Part shown: positions 46,101-59,660 of the stretch, piece by piece
Position numbering within the stretch: position 1 is the first letter of the stretch
How the letters are laid out: the number at the start of each line of letters is the position of its first letter
Notes under the pieces: model-generated
Seen by the model: only the letters and a program-made list of their open reading frames with translations
The model's database searches: none
What the model was told of the DNA's origin: nothing
Position numbers and translations under genes: made by a program
Assembly: GCA_020137815.1 (NCBI GenBank)
Contig: CM035359.1
Coordinates: 6,572,001 to 6,636,000, forward strand
Direction: 5' to 3'
Length of the DNA stretch: 64,000 bases
Origin: Hormiphora californensis
Taxonomy: Eukaryota; Animalia; Ctenophora

Positions 46101-48248
46101 GGATTTTGGGGAGCGCTGGGTTAAAAGAATTTTAAATTATAATTTGTTGTCCAGTATCCTGTTTGTAACAGCTTAGCATCTGTGTACAGAACAGCTCTAG
46201 ACGCTCGAGCTCCGTTGTCTCTAGGACCCTCGTTCGATGGGAAATAAGATTTTGATCATTAGAATGGGGTCCATCACGGTATGAATTTTCACAATGGTTG
46301 AAAAGAATCTTAGAGGGAATAGAGTCAAAAAATATGGCCTTGGCACCAAGTTAACCCCCACACGATGATAATGCCCATCTAGAATATCAAGATCGATATA
46401 TTTTTTCCTCATCTCTCTATTATTTAGTGTGGAGTACACGTTCTCTCTCCCTTCACATAGCCACCTGCCCCGTGAAATGGAATCAGGCCTTTCTTTTTTA
46501 ACCTCGTCCTTTCCCGATCCCACTCTATCCCGAATAAAATGAGAGACGTCTCCCCTCTAATACCTCTACATTTTTTCAGAGCGTCAGCGGGATGATAGAA
46601 AGGTAATAACACCAGCTCCAGTACATCGGGTCTTCAATATGTAAGTTTCTAAACCGAAAACAATGCTTCGGAGAGCAAGTCTATGTTGTTCATTCCAATC
46701 AAAATTTGTTGAGTATGGGGTGGGTACTACCCCAATTACTCAACCAATCAAAATGCAGCAAAACACCTCTATTGTATCTTATGTTACCTATACTAACCCC
46801 TATACCCACTTCTCTGGATTCTAATACCACCCATCAAGTTATTAATCCCCACACACAACCTGGAAATGTCAATATATCCACCACCGCATAACATCCAATT
46901 TGCCTGTGTATTGACATGCGGCAAGCTAGGGGGTTGAAGAAACGGCAGCTGAATGTTGGAGCGCGCGCAATGTCGCATGTAATGAAAAGCATGTATAGTA
47001 GGCATCAGAGTTCGCGCGCCAACCAAGCAAAATGGCGGTAATGACCTTGATATCTTGGTATTCTTGGACGTCCGGTTCTGCCCGACTTTAACCTAATATT
47101 TGACATTACTAATTAGTCGGCTAATGACTCTCAATATTGTGCCCTACTTTTAATTTTACTCGTGTTGGGACAGCCTTTAGTATAAACAACAGACTGTCTG
47201 TATAAAACAACAGGCATCTGCAGCACTGTACAGTGTACGGGTACCAGCTAGTGCTAGGAAAGTGTAGTTTTGGCCTAATTGTACTGTTTTGTTGCAGTTG
47301 AAAATAGATATAGGCAGGACTACTTTAAGGAAAGTTCCCCAACTTTTAGTCTCCAGTCAAAAATCTCACAGTTTCTAACATATATCAGTATCTAACCATT
47401 ATATATCTGACCGCGGTTGTATTAATAACTCTCGAAATGAGTATTGGTTCAGGCCAATACAGCTGTGACTGTCTGGCGCCGCCGACCCTATCTGAGCCGC
47501 CAGACAGCTGTACTCTGACAGCTACTTCTGTCTTCTAGATCTTTTAATTTCTCATTTCATCCCTGAAAGGAGCTTTGTGCTGTTTTATAGCATAGTGCTT
47601 ATTTAATTCATTATCAAGTGATATGTTTGTAAAATTGTATAGTATTTTTCATTTTATCTCTGCTCATGTGTTGTGTGAACTGCGAGTCTAATTGCTTCGC
47701 GGGCGACAGATTTGTAGAGCGTTTTTCTCGTAACCGTTTACAGTTGTGGCTGCCCTAAAAAGGTAAGCTCGACAAATTCTGCCACACAACATTCCCTCTT
47801 TCTATCTTCCGCTCTCTCACAGTCTCCCCTTTTTCATTATAATCTCTTGTTTTTATCTTCCTTTCTTAAATTTCTCCTTCTTAGTACTGTTATACTAAAG
47901 AAGCTGTCTCATTTTCTTTGCTTTTTAGATTTATCATAGCGACTAACTTTATACATAATATCTCTCTAGATAAAACTTTTCCTCTCACTGTTGTTAAGTT
48001 TTACTAAGTTCTTTTTCTTATCACAGTGATTGCTGATAGCAAAATGTCATGACATAGCAGGGATCCTATAGGGTGATATCAATATTGCAATGTCCTAAAT
48101 CAAAACTATCATGAAGATTATTCTTGTTATGTTCTAACCCTCCCTATTTACCGAATGGCAGTCTAGCTTGGCAAGATTACCCATCGTCCGATAGGAGTTA
48201 CTCCTTCAAAAACCTCTCATTGGAGCAATGCTTGTACACAAACTTCTC

Positions 48249-48696
48249 GGGGGGGGGGGGGGGGGGGGCCGGCTGAAGTTTGAAGTTTTCCACCCTACTT
48301 TTTGAGTTTTTGAAGTTTTTGAAGTTGACTTCAAAAACTTCAAAAACTTCAAAAACTCTAAACTACTTTTATATGCTATCAGTGATTATTATTACACTTG
48401 TTTAGGTTAGTTTCATGCTTAATACATATTGTGGCAAAGTTATCCGTCCTTGTCTGCCCATTTTCTACCACAAATTAGGATATTTACAATGATTCCTAGC
48501 CATGAAATCCATGGCACAATTTGGTGTAAAAAATTTAAATTTTTTGTAAAAACAGATTTCATTTTCATTCTATTATGCCAAAAACTAACAGAAATTAGTT
48601 GGCTGGAAAGGTGACCATTTTGTTGTCAAACTGACACCTTTGCCCTCTCCGGGTTTCATCATTATCTTTCCCACTCTGATTTCTATCTCTCTTTCA

Positions 48697-48784
<88 letters not shown>

Positions 48785-49545
48785 TTCTCTCTCTCTTTCT
48801 CCCTGATTTACCCCCTGATTTACCCCATCGATCATATCCGTAACCCGGGCCGGGCAAAGGTGTCAGTTTGACAACAAAATGGTCACCTTTCCAGCCAACT
48901 AATTTCTGTTAGTTTTTGGCATAATTGGGGTATATTTTTGGTATTTTCTGATGTGAAATACAATGTAAGACATGTCTGGACGTGTAAAGACCGTCAGGAA
49001 TCGCTAAAATACGAAAATTTCAATTTTGACGTCATTATGACGTCATAGCGTGACGTCACGACGTTATAACGTCAAGATAGGGATATATTATCATCAGGCT
49101 CATCTAGATAAAGATGCTGACCAAGTTTGAGATCGATTGGACAAGATTTGAGGTCGCTCTGGCGAAAAACGCATTATCGTCATATCTATTTTCATACAGT
49201 CTTAACACTTCAGACGCGATTTGAGACCCTTAGAAATAGAGTTTCACAAATTCGCCATATAGTTTCTGAAAGTATAGACGATTATCTTTCGTAAGTGCGG
49301 TCTCCGTTTTTCAATCAGAAGCCGTCTTCAGGGTGTAAATTGAGCTCAAAGAAATTTGGTTGATTTGAAAAAAGTCTTATCTTTATGACAGTTTGTTAAG
49401 ACGTTCTGGTTGGACCTAGAACATGAAAACTATTCGTCTACACAATTTGAACGATTATCTTTCGAATGCAACAAACGAGAAGTGTCTATCTTATGTCGTT
49501 TTCTCTCAAAAATGATTATAAATTTGGTAAAAACAGCGTCTATCC

Positions 49546-49576
<31 letters not shown>

Positions 49577-50175
49577 CATAGATACATAGACCCGGGACAT
49601 TTATTGCTTTTTTCACGATGCCATATCTCTAAAACTAAAAGAGATAGAGACTTGCCCTTTTAAACTACAGTAGATCTAGACCATGTGACACTGTATACCA
49701 AATTTCAGACCGATCGGTGCAGTGGGGGCCTCCCTATGGGCGTCGCAAAATGCCATTTTTGGCTAAAAACTGAAAAAAGTTATTACTGCACTCTGGCACG
49801 CGCGGCTGGGGGAGGGGATGGTCACCTTTGCGCTTGCCAGCGCAGTGATAACTCAAAAAGTTGCCTAGAAAATGCTAAGAAAGTGTTTAAAAATTATGAA
49901 GTAAATTTTCGAAAAATTTTTGGGGCCACACCCTTTTTTCCAGTTTCACAATATGCAAATTTTTTATTAAGGGAGTAGTGAAAAAAAATATGGACACCAA
50001 AATCATCAGCGGCCTCGAGTTTATATAAGAGTTATGAAGCAACATAGGGCCTATCTCCAACGGTTTAGGAGATATGAGTTTTTGAAGTTTTTGAAGTTTT
50101 CCACCCTAAGTTTCTCTTTGAAGTTTTTGAAGTTGACTTCAAAAACTTCAAAAACTTCAGCCGGCCCCCCCCCCC
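48249..50175. mobile_element. 1.9-kb non-autonomous TIR transposon with poly-G/poly-C termini and 8-bp TSD aacttctc
   Basis: aacttctc|G-run ccggctgaagttt ... aaacttcagccgg C-run|aacttctc, with tttttgaag subterminal repeats at both ends. Contains a 74-bp-arm hairpin around (CT)n (48572-48925) and (GATA)n at ~49547-49590. Confidence 0.88.
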
Positions 50176-50230
50176 AACTTCTCACAATGTGTGATCTCAC
50201 ATGTGAGTTCTGCAGTAAAGAATTTAGATT

Positions 50231-50426
50231 ACCTACAACTCTGGCTCATGCAACTCTGGCTCATAGATTTTAAAAGATTCTATGAGCCAGAGTTGTAGAC
50301 CAGCCTACAACTCTGGCTCATAGAACCTAATCAGATCACATTTCTATGAGCCAGAGTTGTAGACCAGCCTACAACTCTGGCTCATGGATTCTATGAGCCA
50401 GAGTTGCATGAGACAGAGTTGTAGGT
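50231..50426. repeat. Small foldback array of caactctggctcat units in alternating orientation
   Basis: Ends acctacaactctg / cagagttgtaggt, with three head-to-head blocks. Confidence 0.75.
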
Positions 50427-51615
50427 CACCAAGAATTTAATCAGGCGAGAAGCAGGGAAGTAAGTGGTATATGAGCATAACGGCATACACACATATAATA
50501 GTATATGTAATATGGGGTATAATGCCGGATAACCCAGATAGCTCGGAAACCCCGGACAATAGTTGTTTCATATAAGACCGTACTCTTTGCACCGGGCCGC
50601 GGGTGCAGCTACGTGAGGCCACGTAGCGAGTACGTAGACCGAGGTTGCGCGGTGTACACTTAGTACAGTCAGTGCACCTGACAAGATAATAGGTATTTTC
50701 AGGAAAGCCTATGCGAGCTGTAATACTTTGGAAATCAAGCCCAGATAGCGGACAGATAGCCCGGTCGAGGTATCAGATAATCAGGCCCTGGTATCCCGCA
50801 ATCCGCATTGTCTTACGGGCTATCCTGAAAATACATATTATCTGAACTATCTGGGATTTTATTTTTAAGCGTGGCAAGCCCCCCGGACCTAATATCATTC
50901 CATTTTTTTGGATCAACCCCGCTTTAATCTGCGACTGAGGTCACACTATACACCCCTTTTTAATTTTGTTATTGTTTTCAGGAAAAGAATCATTCCCCCC
51001 AAAACAGTTTTTTTTTCCCCCCCCCCCCCCCCCCCAAAACCCCCTCTCAAAAACCCCCAAAAATTTTTTTTTTTTGGGGGCCCCCTTTGTTCCCCCTTTT
51101 CCCCCTCTTTTTCCCTTTCTTCTCTCTCTCCCCCTCTTCTCCTCTCTTTTCTCCCCTCTCTTTTTCTTCTCCTCATTTCTTAAGGGTCCGTGTGGCAAAA
51201 GCGTCAATGAGTGCATGAGTAACAGGAATATTTTTGCGACGTCCATCATATTTTTCCTTGTGGAGCCTTTTCCATCTTCGTTCATCATTGATCAATGTTG
51301 ACTCGCCCGGATTTGTTTGACCCGCCAGGCTCGAAAACCCCCCCCCCCCCCCCGTCATATACTGCCATTGGTCTTATCCATAATATTGGTTCTTCTGGGA
51401 CATGCGTCATGACAATGTAAACAATCAAATTGACAGCACAATGACAATGTTCCTCTTACTGATTTTCTTGGACGTTTTTTCGCTCTTCAGACAGCCTTGA
51501 TCTTGGTACCGACATCCTACTTCAATAAATTAAATCCAAGAGGCTTAAGAGACAACCAATCCCAAGAGACATTAATCTTTTTCCGACAAATCTCCCTCTT
51601 TATTACTCCATCTCT

Positions 51616-51658
<43 letters not shown>

Positions 51659-54016
51659 CCTCCCCCTTTTTTCTCCTTTCTCTCTCTCTCTCTCTCTTTC
51701 CCCCCCTCTTTCTCTCTCTTTTTCTCATACACAGTGAGGCTTACTTTGGGTTTAGGTTTTTTCTGCTTGTAGACTAACCATCTGTCGAACTCCTAGTCTC
51801 TCCTCATCTTTCTGTCAACCCTTCTTTTCCCCCGACCCTTTTCTTCCCCAAAAAATGGCCAAACCCCTTTCTAGAACTTCTTATCTTTTACGATTTCTCC
51901 CCAATATGTCTATATAATTCCCAGGTGTCCCCCCGCTCATAATCATCCCGTTTTTTTCTTATTTACATAATTTTGATGTCCACCATCGCCTTTTGAAAAG
52001 ATTCTTTATATTTTTTCCCCATCCACAGGCATGTTTACAAAGGGTAAGAATGAATGACAAAAAAAAAAGTTAAGTTTCCCGGGGGGTATCGCCTATTTTA
52101 TCCTGCGCTCCTTTCTGAGTATTTTGATCGAAACCTGAATGTTTGCCTTGCTAAGTTTGCGTTACACTCCAACATAAAGGAACTTTTACAGCGACATGGT
52201 GGCCCCCGGAAAAAGCCCTTTTTACTGCCATCAAAAAAGGGTTTTGTTAAATGTGAAAAAAAAAGAGAAAAAGGGGGGGGGGGAAAGGGAAAAAAGGGGA
52301 GAGAAAAGATTAAAAAGGGAGAGGAAGAGAGGGAGAAAAAAACTAAAAAGGGGGACACTGGGTTTATACCCGTTATTTTTGCCCAAACCGGGGTATTATA
52401 AAATTCGAGGATTTTAGGGTTTTTTTTAAAAACACATACACAATTTAATTTCCCAAAATATAGTTTTAAAAAGGGGTTAAAATATATTAAAAAAACCTTT
52501 TAAGGGGGCTCTAACCCCCCGCCCTTTTCCCCCAAAAGAACCAAATAGAATATTTTAAAAAAACCTAACAATTCCCCAAAAAAAACTCAATCTCACTCCT
52601 AATATTTTCCCTGCTTTTTTCTCTATCCTCTCTCTTCCCTCTATCTTCTTCTCTCCCTCTCTACTACTTCTCTCCTCCTTTTCCCAATTAAACCTTTTTT
52701 TTTTTTTTTTTTAATTTTTTTTGCTGGCAACAAGGCTGGTGCAACATCCCCTTTTACCACTTTTCATAAAGGCTCTTTTCCTTTTTTCTCTATCTCTCCC
52801 CCTCTATTGTCTAATACAAATTTAAAAAAAACAGAAGTTTTTTTAAGGTCTATAACAAGGGTTTTTGATGCCCCAAAGAGGAGGCACCCCAATTTATCTA
52901 TAAAAATATATCTTTAGCCCCTCTCTGTCTTTTCTGGGGTTTTTGGGGTTTTCTCCTTCTTTTTTCTTTTTTCTCTCTCTCTCTCTCTCTTCTTTCTCTC
53001 TCTCTCTCTCTCCTCTCTCTTTTTCTATCTTTCCCTCCCCGGGTCCCTTTAACTATTTACTGAGGTTTCGAAATTTCTACCCCCTTTCATCAGTCGTTTT
53101 GCATTTGCATCCCGAACTTTGTACAAAAATCGGCAAAAAAAAAACCAAAAAATCCTTTCCTCAATTTAAACAAAATGACCAAAATTTCACGCCAATTGAC
53201 TCAATTTTCACGCCAATGATTTAATGTCACCTACCTGTGTTTGCCCGTGGGGTGTCCTCTCCCCTCCTACTAAACTAATACACCCCATTTCTGCAACCCA
53301 AACCCGGCCCTTCCAAACAAATTTTGGGTACTCATCACTATTTTTAAAAAAAAAACTCACACAACCCCAATTTTTAAAACAGTTTATCCTCCCCCAGTGG
53401 GGCCCGTTACTGAACAAGTACAAGCTTTGCACAATTGATTGATTGTGTAGCACACTAGATGTGTTGGTTGTCCAGTGCCGTAACACAAAATCCAGTACCT
53501 CGGATCCACAATTACTATTATGCTGTGTAAACGGCATAATTGTTCTTCAAACTTCAAGATAAAAAGTTGTTTTCCCCCCCCAACCCGGAACCTTGCCAAA
53601 CCCCTGAAAATTGGGAAAGGGATCTTTCCCCAATTTTTGTTATCCCCCGCCGCCACATTGCGGCCATGTGTGTACAGGTACGTGTTATTATTATAGTAAT
53701 GCTGGAAATTAACAGAAACTTCACACTATTATAGTCACTACCCCCCTCTCTCTCTCTGTCTTCCTCTCTCTCTCTCTCTCTCCCTTTCTCCCCCTCTATT
53801 TCTCTCTCTGTGTTTGTTGTCTGCCACTCGTGCGTGTGCATAATACCAGCTGGGTCGATGGAGGCCGGCTGCATGCGCTGCATCTTAGTTATATAATACA
53901 TCGCATGGGGTAATGATATATATGTTTAGAACCAGCAAGAGAGAGGGAAAAAAGGGAGAGAAACGGAAGAGAGGAAGAGAACAGAGATGAGAGGAGGAAC
54001 CGACCTTAAGAGTGAG

Positions 54017-54047
<31 letters not shown>

Positions 54048-54049
54048 CG

Positions 54050-54099
<50 letters not shown>

Positions 54100-54519
54100 G
54101 AAGAAACTGAAGGAAAATAGAGCATAGCGAGGCAATTCACCTAGGCCGCCCATCTCCCTCCCCTATATGTTGCACAGCTGTGTTGCAATATAAATGTTTA
54201 TCAGGATTGCCCTGTTATGTTAGTTGTCTTTCTCTCCCTGCCACTTGGTTACTAGCTATTTTATTTTATTATATTTTGTAATTGCAATACGTTATTACAA
54301 CAAAATAAAGATTAATTTTTAGCAGTAATCAGTATATAATGTTATATTTTGTGGTAGCTTTTATCTAACAAAAAGGTAGGTACACCTATACCTCTAGTTA
54401 GGGTACAGATATCTGCTTAGCTGGTAGTTTAGTCGGTTATAGGATAGGGGAGATATCTGTAGTTTTGCAGGGTTCATGTAAGCTGACTATTTAGTGACCC
54501 AGACTGTAACATCACGGAC

Positions 54520-54591
54520 GCCTTCGGCTTGGTTACGAAGTTACCCCTCTCTTGCCAGGTCGAGGGGTTATTTCGTAACCAAGCCTTCGGC
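54520..54591. repeat. ~70-bp hairpin mini-element family (ttggttacgaagttacccct / aggggttatttcgtaaccaa)
   Basis: Related copies at ~4490-4531, 21635-21719 and 61865-61933. Confidence 0.65.
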
Positions 54592-54879
54592 CCGGTGCGG
54601 AGAGGACACACAGTGTTATATCATGTATATGAGACATATATGACAGGACATATATAAGTCCACAGAAAATGGATAAGACGGTCCATTATGGGACACATTA
54701 GGCGGACCAAATTTGCAAAAATAGCAAGAAAGAAAGAAAGAGACCTGTGACAGAGGGGGCGACGGATAGGGATACGAAAATTAAATGTTCCAAATTCCTG
54801 TTTCATAGTCTGTATCCTTGAGCTATATCATGTAAACGTGTTCATCCGTTATCATCACCTTTTCCTTGGTCTGTCGTTT

Positions 54880-54948
<69 letters not shown>

Positions 54949-55547
54949 GCTTTCAAACACTAGACTACTGCAGTTTCCATCTCTGTTGAAGCAGCTGCTG
55001 CATACTTTTCTCTGCTCTCAAACTCATCTTACCTCTCTCTCTCCCACCCTCCAATTCCTTCTATCCTCATTATATTTGTCCTCTATATTTCTTTGCAGCG
55101 TGGTGCTCCCTACCTTCCGCCAGCTCAGTCTGGTACAACTCTGGCATTAAACTTCTGTATTCATTCATGAGAAAAAGTACACACTCGAGTTTTCAGTGTT
55201 CAATTCGAGTTTTCATCCTACTATACTATTCCATTCATGAGAATATAATACTCTCTGTGCTATCCCAAGTGCAACTATCGTCATATTGTGTGATCTATTT
55301 TTAGAAACTCCTATTATGCATGGTGCCAGCATTGATTGAGAATGTATATACTGAGATCTATTCTGACATGTCTTTGTCATTTGATTTCCCTTTTCCACGA
55401 AGCAGTATTCATTGTCAGGATGCTCGCCCTATTATTATATGTGCATCTATCTCTGATTTCTTAGAGCTATATGAGGGAGATTTATGGCCGTATTTTTGCA
55501 TTATATGTTATTAAAACCTATAAATGCCCATCTCTCTCTCACTCTCA

Positions 55548-55598
<51 letters not shown>

Positions 55599-56736
55599 AC
55601 TCTCTCTCTCTCTCTCTCTTTCCCACTCTCTATCCTATTAAGTAACCGGGAAAATTAAGGGTAATATGTGTGTTAGGTTTGTTCACATGACGTGTGCAAT
55701 ATGATAAGATCAACGTGTTTTCTCTTTTCCTTTCGTCCCATTTTTTGTGGTTTTCTCTGAAATGACGATATTCTTCCAGCCAGCCGCACCTTCTTACTGT
55801 ATTGTTATATATAATAACTGTTTCATCACGAGTTATTCAGTTGGTCTTTCTATATATAATAAGTGTTGCAGGGTTTACAATATCCATCTTGAATTTTCAA
55901 AGTCTCTAATAATAATCTCTTTAGATGCAATCCCCTGCTATATCAAAAATAAATTCGTGGAATCAATGGGCGTAATGCAAGTAATAATTTCTTTGAAGCT
56001 ATTCTAGGGTCACTAAACATGATTCGCCTACCCCGCCTTGAAACGTAAATCGTGACGACCATCATTGCTATTAAAGACCACCATTTGCTATTATACCGCT
56101 TATGTTTGGTACTGCTCTCCGGTATGAAGGCCACACGAGTTGTTGGGTTACAACACGCGATGCTGATTTCTGGAACCTCGATCATATAATTATATAATTT
56201 TCCTTTATACTGAAAAACGAATTAATCTCTATTGACGTAGTAGGTTAGAGCTCCTAGCAAAATTGGAGCTTCGAGTCATCTCAGGTAGCAATTCTACAAA
56301 ATTTCAAAAAGAAGAAAGTGCATGCCGCCAAATTATTTGTCTAGTCTAAGTGTACTGAGAACTACGATTTTTCTTTTTTTCTTACTCAACACATTTTTCT
56401 AATTCTCTCCAAACTCGAATTTGATGGCTGATCCAGGATCCTGTCGAATCCATCTAACCTCTGTAATCTTCCAGCCAATTGCCGCTTAGCCAACAAGTCC
56501 ATTCCTTGTTTCCTTCAAGTGATAAGATCCTTTCTTGGTTCCAAGATGTCAATTGTGACAGTCTTAACAAGCACAGTACAGTGTGTATTTCGTATATTCT
56601 AAGCTTCTCGGACTAACTCGTGCTTGGAGTGGGGGCCACTGTTGGACCTCCGAACTGGTCTCGCGTATGTTAGCGTGTAATCAGGCATTCAGGAAAAAAG
56701 ACGTTGATTCAGTTGTTCAAAATCAAATAGCTATTA

Positions 56737-56776
56737 TAACAAACGTTTCGACATAAGAATGTCCTCTTCAGTGTTA
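56737..56776 (-). ncRNA. Minimal type I hammerhead ribozyme in the inverted PLE terminal repeat
   Basis: Minus strand reads UAACA-CUGAAGA-G-GACAU-UCUU-AUGUC-GAAA-CG-UU-UGUUA: stem I UAACA/UGUUA, stem II GACAU/AUGUC, palindromic AACGUU in place of stem III. A degraded sense copy lies at ~59830-59868. Confidence 0.8.
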
Positions 56777-56819
56777 AGCTAACGTCTGTAAACAAAATGC
56801 ACTAATTTAAACGGTGCTC

Positions 56820-57385
56820 CCTCCCCTAACCCTGCGCCGGACCCCAAGTTCGTTCTCAAAATACCCTACGTCAACGAGGCATTGACCCGCAAGTTCAAGT
56901 CCAGTGTAGCCAGAACCGGCATACCCATCCGGGTAGTCACCACATCTGGAAGGACGGTGAAAAGCGAGGTAAAAGCCGCCCTCTGCCGGAAGCTCGCCCC
57001 GGAACCACCTTGCAACTGCAACCTTCACCAGTCCGACATCCCCTGCAACACGAGGAACGTGGTTTACCAAGCCACCTGCCGCAGGTGCTCACAACAGTAC
57101 ATTGGTGCCACAGCAAGACCACTGAGAGAGAGGGTTAACGAACATGAGAGCAGTCAGCGCCTCGGCAATGACCGGAGTTCCCTCGGCAAGCACCTAATGA
57201 ACGACCACCCAGAGGCAGTAACGGGACAGAGGAACGCGAGAGATACGAGAATTTTCTGAACAATTTTGATTTTAGAGTACATAGTAGAGGAAAGATGCTC
57301 TAGAGACATTTTTGAAAGAGATATTTACATTCAGAGGGTGCGCCCGAGCCTGAATGAATGCCAACAGAACGGGTTCATGTTCTGA
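56820..57385 (+). pseudogene. PLE GIY-YIG endonuclease region (first copy; frameshifted near the C-terminus)
   Basis: CNTRNVVYQATCRRCSQQYIGATARPLRERVNEH..SLGKHLMNDHP, then ..IYIQRVRPSLNECQQNGFMF* in a shifted frame. Confidence 0.85.
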
Positions 57386-58264
57386 TCAGTTTCTGACTAG
57401 TTTAGTCTTACACGGGTCCACCCCAGACTTACAAACTATCAGAACACGGACCCCGTCTGCGATCATATTTCGGACCGGGTAAACCCACTAATTGACCGGT
57501 TATGTGTTATGTGTCACGGCGACAGAACGAACCCTCCACCCCCGCCAGGAAAAAACCACCCCCAACAAAAAGGCCCCACATCCCCCCCTCAGAGTAGGGG
57601 GAAATTCGAACCCTCGGATCCAACCCCCGAGACCAGCTGATGAAGCCCCCGAATCATCGATCCGCAGCCAAGAACACCTCTCACCGACCCTCAAAACAAG
57701 AGCAGGGAAGGGTTCCCAGAAACCACAACAAGCAGATCGGAGGCCCCGGAAAAAGCAGAGCTAAACGATGTTCCCCATCCCCCAAAGGGACAAAAAAACC
57801 TTTTCAACCTCCCCAAAAACCACATTTGGGGAAAGCTGAAAAACATTTTAAAAGGGATGTCCACTCTCGGAAGACCCCTCAAGTTTCCAAAAACTGGGGC
57901 CCAAAATCCTAATCAAGCCCTGCCTACACAAGGGGGTACACACGCTACCTGCAAACAGGCTCCATCAAGACACTCACCCCCTATTGTCTCCCCTTTTTGT
58001 AAAGCCCCAAAAAACCTGCTTTCCCAAATAAAAAGGTGGTTGGTAAAAGGTACGGGCGTGCGGTCGAGAAGCTGGATTTAATTTTGTGAGGTCCTAGCTC
58101 ACCCCTCCCTCCCCTCGGTACGGGTAGACTCAAAAAAAACTTCATCAAGAACTCCCCTAAAAGCCCGGGGTGGAGGGGGGCACAACCAACCCTCCCCATC
58201 CCCATCCCCATCCCCTATCCCCCAACCCCACCCCTACCCCACACCCCCAGCCCTTGGCCCAGAT

Positions 58265-59660
58265 CACACAATAGTATCCATGGACATCGAGTCGATGTAC
58301 CCCTCGATACCCACAGACAACACCGCGATGGAAATTGTCAGAGGCTACCTCGAGGAATACCAAACCACCATCGACCTCCTTGGCTTCACCCCTGCTCACA
58401 TCACACAATTCATCAAGTTCATCACCTCCCACACATATGCTCGAGCCTGCGGACAGTACTTCCTCCAAACTACGGGTGTAGGAACAGGCTATCACTCATC
58501 AGGGGCATACGCTGAGATAATAGTAGACTTCACCTACCGTCGAGCTGTCCTGATATGGACGATCACCGTAAACCCCCCTCCTACATCGGAGCATACGTTG
58601 ATGATTCGAACTCACTATGGAAGACCCCTGAAGACGCACAGAATGTTCCTCCAAAAGCTGAACAACGTATGGGGAGAAGGACAACTCTCCTTCACAATAG
58701 AGGAACCAAGGAACCGCACCATCTCGTTTCTGGACCTCTCAATCACCATCACCAAGGAGGGAAACATTACCCACCAAATGTTCCAGAAGGAGACACACTC
58801 AGGTGCATACCTCCCCTTCTCTTCCCATGTGAGATGAAAACGAAGCTCAATATCATCTCCACAGAACCAGGAGAGTTGCTTAGTCTTTGTTCCAGCATCG
58901 ACTTGGCATGGCCACATTTGGAGACACTCCGTAAAACCTGGTGAACTCAGGCTACCCCCTCACCCGTGTCACCACCTCCATCAGCGAGGAGTGAGCAAGC
59001 ACAAGCACACCACCATACACCAACCCACCCACACAGCTATCACCGTCCACCCAAACCCCCACCCCCACCCCCCACCTCTCACCCTCCCTCTCCCCCACCC
59101 CAACCCCCCTCCCCTAACCCTGCGCCGGACCCCAAGTTTGTTCTCAAAATACCCTACGTCAACGAGGCATTGACCCGCAAGTTCAAGTCCAGTGTAGCCA
59201 GAAACCGGCATACCCATCCGGGTAGTCACCACATCTGGAAGGACGGTGAAAAGCGAGGTAAAAGCCGCGCCTCTGCCGGAAGCTCGCCCCGGAACCACCT
59301 TGCAACTGCAACCTTCACCAGTTCCGACATCCCCTGCAACACGAGGAACGTGGTTTTCCAAACCACCTGCCGAGGTCCACCATACATTGGGCCACAGCAA
59401 ACCCCTGAGAGAGAGGGTTAACGACATAGAGCAGTAGCGCCTCGGGAAAGACCGGAGTTTTCCCCCCCGGGAACCCTAAGAAAAGACCACCCCGAGGGAT
59501 AAGGGGGCGAGGAACGCGGAGATTACGAGAATTTTCGAAAAAATTTTATTTTGAGTACATAGTAAGGAAAAATGCTTAGAACATTTTTGAAAAAATATTT
59601 CAATTTAGAGGGTGCGCCCAGCCTGAAAGAATGCCAAAAACGGGTTTATGTTTTTGATCA
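58265..59660 (+). pseudogene. PLE reverse transcriptase, Pro-rich linker and second GIY-YIG copy, frameshifted
   Basis: MDIESMYPSIP, YFLQTTGVGTGYHSSGAYAEI, YIGAYVDDS, ISFLDLSI, QKETHSGAYLPFSSH, then FVLKIPYVNE..CNTRNVV. Confidence 0.88.

Noticed and set aside
46580-46640. Isolated exon-like segment (tttttcag|...caatat|gtaagt; ERQRDDRKVITPAPVHRVFN) and a lone donor at ~47762
   Set aside because: No recognisable domain, and I could not link it to other exons; flanking sequence is low quality.
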